Of a DNA stretch of 64,000 nt, positions 62,501-64,000 are shown piece after piece. Within the stretch, counting starts at the first letter, position 1. Each line of letters begins with the position of its first letter. Below the pieces are notes generated by a model. It did no database searches and was not told where the DNA came from. It saw nothing but the letters and a program-made list of their open reading frames with translations. The position numbers and the translations under genes were made by a program. The stretch lies in the NCBI GenBank assembly GCA_001949185.1, contig BDGG01000009.1, positions 1,725,624 through 1,789,623 on the forward strand, given 5' to 3'. This DNA is from Ramazzottius varieornatus. Taxonomy: Eukaryota > Animalia > Tardigrada.

Positions 62501-64000
62501 CCGCTCTTGATGACAGCGGTACGCGAAGACCCGTTCAGGTAGGCCATCTCGATCTGCTTCGTCTGACCGTCGATCCAGAATAAGCGCTCGTGGATCCACT
62601 CTACTGCGATACCGCGCGGATCGTGCACGTTCGAAATCTGACAAAAAGCAAGTATTCAAACACCAATTGTCAATTTCCACTAAATGCTATATGGCAGCTC
62701 GGCAAACTAACTGGACAAGATTCATTTTCCAAGTGGCGCACGCTCTCACCCAACAAGACCGAAAGTGTGCGCCACTTGAAAGAGGAGACTTTCCAGTCTG
62801 ACTGTGTTTCCCCAACTGGCAGACGTTTCTAGTGTTGATGGATGCCTCCGTCGGGAAGAATAGGATCTTGTCGAGTTTGTTTGCCGTGCCTGCCATATCC
62901 AGCAAAAGTATGTCCCGAGCGTTGCTCACCAATGGGATGGGCTCGCTTCGGTCAAAGTCGCCGCGTTCCTTTCTTTTCTTGGGCAAGGTCTGCTTGTAGA
63001 TGACATGGTTTTCGCGACTGCTCCAGTAGAGCGTGGCGTCACTGGGGTTCCTGAAGTTGACGTCGACAAAGTTGATGCGGTCGTCCTTTAGTTCCATCAG
63101 TTGTCGGTACTCTCCGCGGCGATGGTAGGGGTCTAGACTGCGCAGTTGATTCTGTTCGGCTACCAGCAGCGTAGCAGGCGCTCCAGCAGCCACACAGCTC
63201 TTCAGGCCGTTACGCCCATGCTGCTCAAGACGGTAGTCGCTGTCGCAGCTACAAGTGAAACGCTCCCTCTCACCATCCCAGGTGCAGCGTTGCGAGCAGT
63301 AACCGTACCGCTCACACGGATTCACATTACAGCTTTCTTCATCTGTGGAAAGTCAAACCTAGTCCACAAAATGCCTCTCCCTGATTGAAGGCCTGACAAA
63401 CAAGCTGAAGAAGAAGAAGATTCAAGTGGCGCACACTTTTAGCCAATGATACTGAAAATGTGCGCCACTTGAAAGAACAAGCTTGCCTATCGTCCATTTG
63501 AAGTGCGTAAAGTTTTAAGCTGTACTCGTACCCGAGTTGTCGCCGCAATTGTCGACGTTATTACAAAGGTCCTTCAGGGTGGTCAAACAGCGGCCATTCG
63601 TACAGCGGAAAGCGCATGTCGGTTGACAGTTCATCTCGTCACTAGCGTCGGCGCAGTCTTGGCGTTTGTCGCATCGTTGAGACTGCAGAATGCAAGCACC
63701 AGAGCCACATCGAAATCTGTCGGCCGTACAGGGAAGTGTGGCACACACTTCTCTTTGCTCGTCCGTTTTATCTCCGCAGTCATCTACCAAGCACAAACAT
63801 CATCATCCAAAGACTTTGCATTGCAGAGAGAGAGAGAGAGAGAGCTGACGAGAATTACCTTGACCATCGCACAGCCATGTTCGCGGCACACAGTGCTTGT
63901 TCTTGCATGTAAACTCGTCCGCTGCGCAAGCATGCTCACAGTGTACTTCGTCACTGGAGTCTCTACAAGCAGAAAGGGCCGATCAGAAGCCGCAGGGTAC
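59589..64000 (-). CDS. LDL-receptor-related protein (LRP1-like), 3' part; 5' end outside the window
   Basis: LDLa repeats ([13 protein letters not shown]), YWTD propeller (FWTD, YWAD), a run of EGF repeats, [19 protein letters not shown], and cytoplasmic INNPMF and FANPVY motifs. Confidence 0.92.
63825..63845. repeat. (AG)n microsatellite in an LRP intron
   Basis: About 10 AG units. Confidence 0.85.

Larger units (their letters stand above)
2135..63470. repeat. Dispersed intronic palindrome family AAGTGGCGCAC-N25-GTGCGCCACTT (14 copies)
   Basis: Core coordinates: 2135-2181, 2896-2942, 2981-3027, 3646-3692, 21851-21896, 23368-23414, 39134-39177, 40083-40129, 41640-41686, 52434-52480, 60112-60158, 60952-60998, 62731-62777, 63424-63470. 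Confidence 0.9.

Noticed and set aside
2135-63470. Palindrome plus fixed-length variable spacer read as a CRISPR-like array
   Set aside because: Copies are dispersed singly in eukaryotic introns, the arms are inverted rather than tandem direct repeats, spacers share a weak consensus, and there are no cas genes.
1-64000. tRNA/rRNA genes or bacterial horizontally transferred operons
   Set aside because: No cloverleaf or rRNA signatures seen by eye; all recognisable genes are metazoan-type and, apart from the PLD6 copy and retroelement ORFs, spliced.

Overview
Gene-dense, compact-intron animal DNA (most introns about 50-90 nt). The style suggests a small invertebrate genome such as a tardigrade, but that is inference only. 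Intact-looking spliced genes, in order: Ku80/XRCC5 (+), SF3B6/p14 (-), IFT52 (+), TAF1B (-), PTTG1IP-like (+), a divergent KIF9-like kinesin (-), a LIV-1 ZIP zinc transporter (-), GALNT7-like copy 1 (+), PTPN9/PTP-MEG2 (+), ZDHHC2/15/20-like (-), GALNT7-like copy 2 (+), OTUB1 (+), FCF1 (-), NOL12 (+) and the 3' part of an LRP1-like receptor (-). Accessory DNA includes a defective PIF/Harbinger element, two 5'-truncated non-LTR retrotransposons with clear TSDs, two decayed intron-containing P-element/THAP9-like transposases, a UAP56/DDX39 pseudogene, a nested stop-interrupted Zucchini/PLD6 copy, two Helitron-like repeats and several MITEs. The most striking unexplained signal is a dispersed palindromic motif, AAGTGGCGCAC-N25-GTGCGCCACTT. 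It occurs 14 times, always inside introns of 7 different genes. Arm sequence and spacer length are conserved while the spacer sequence has diverged strongly. Exon boundaries were read by eye and some may be off by a few bases.
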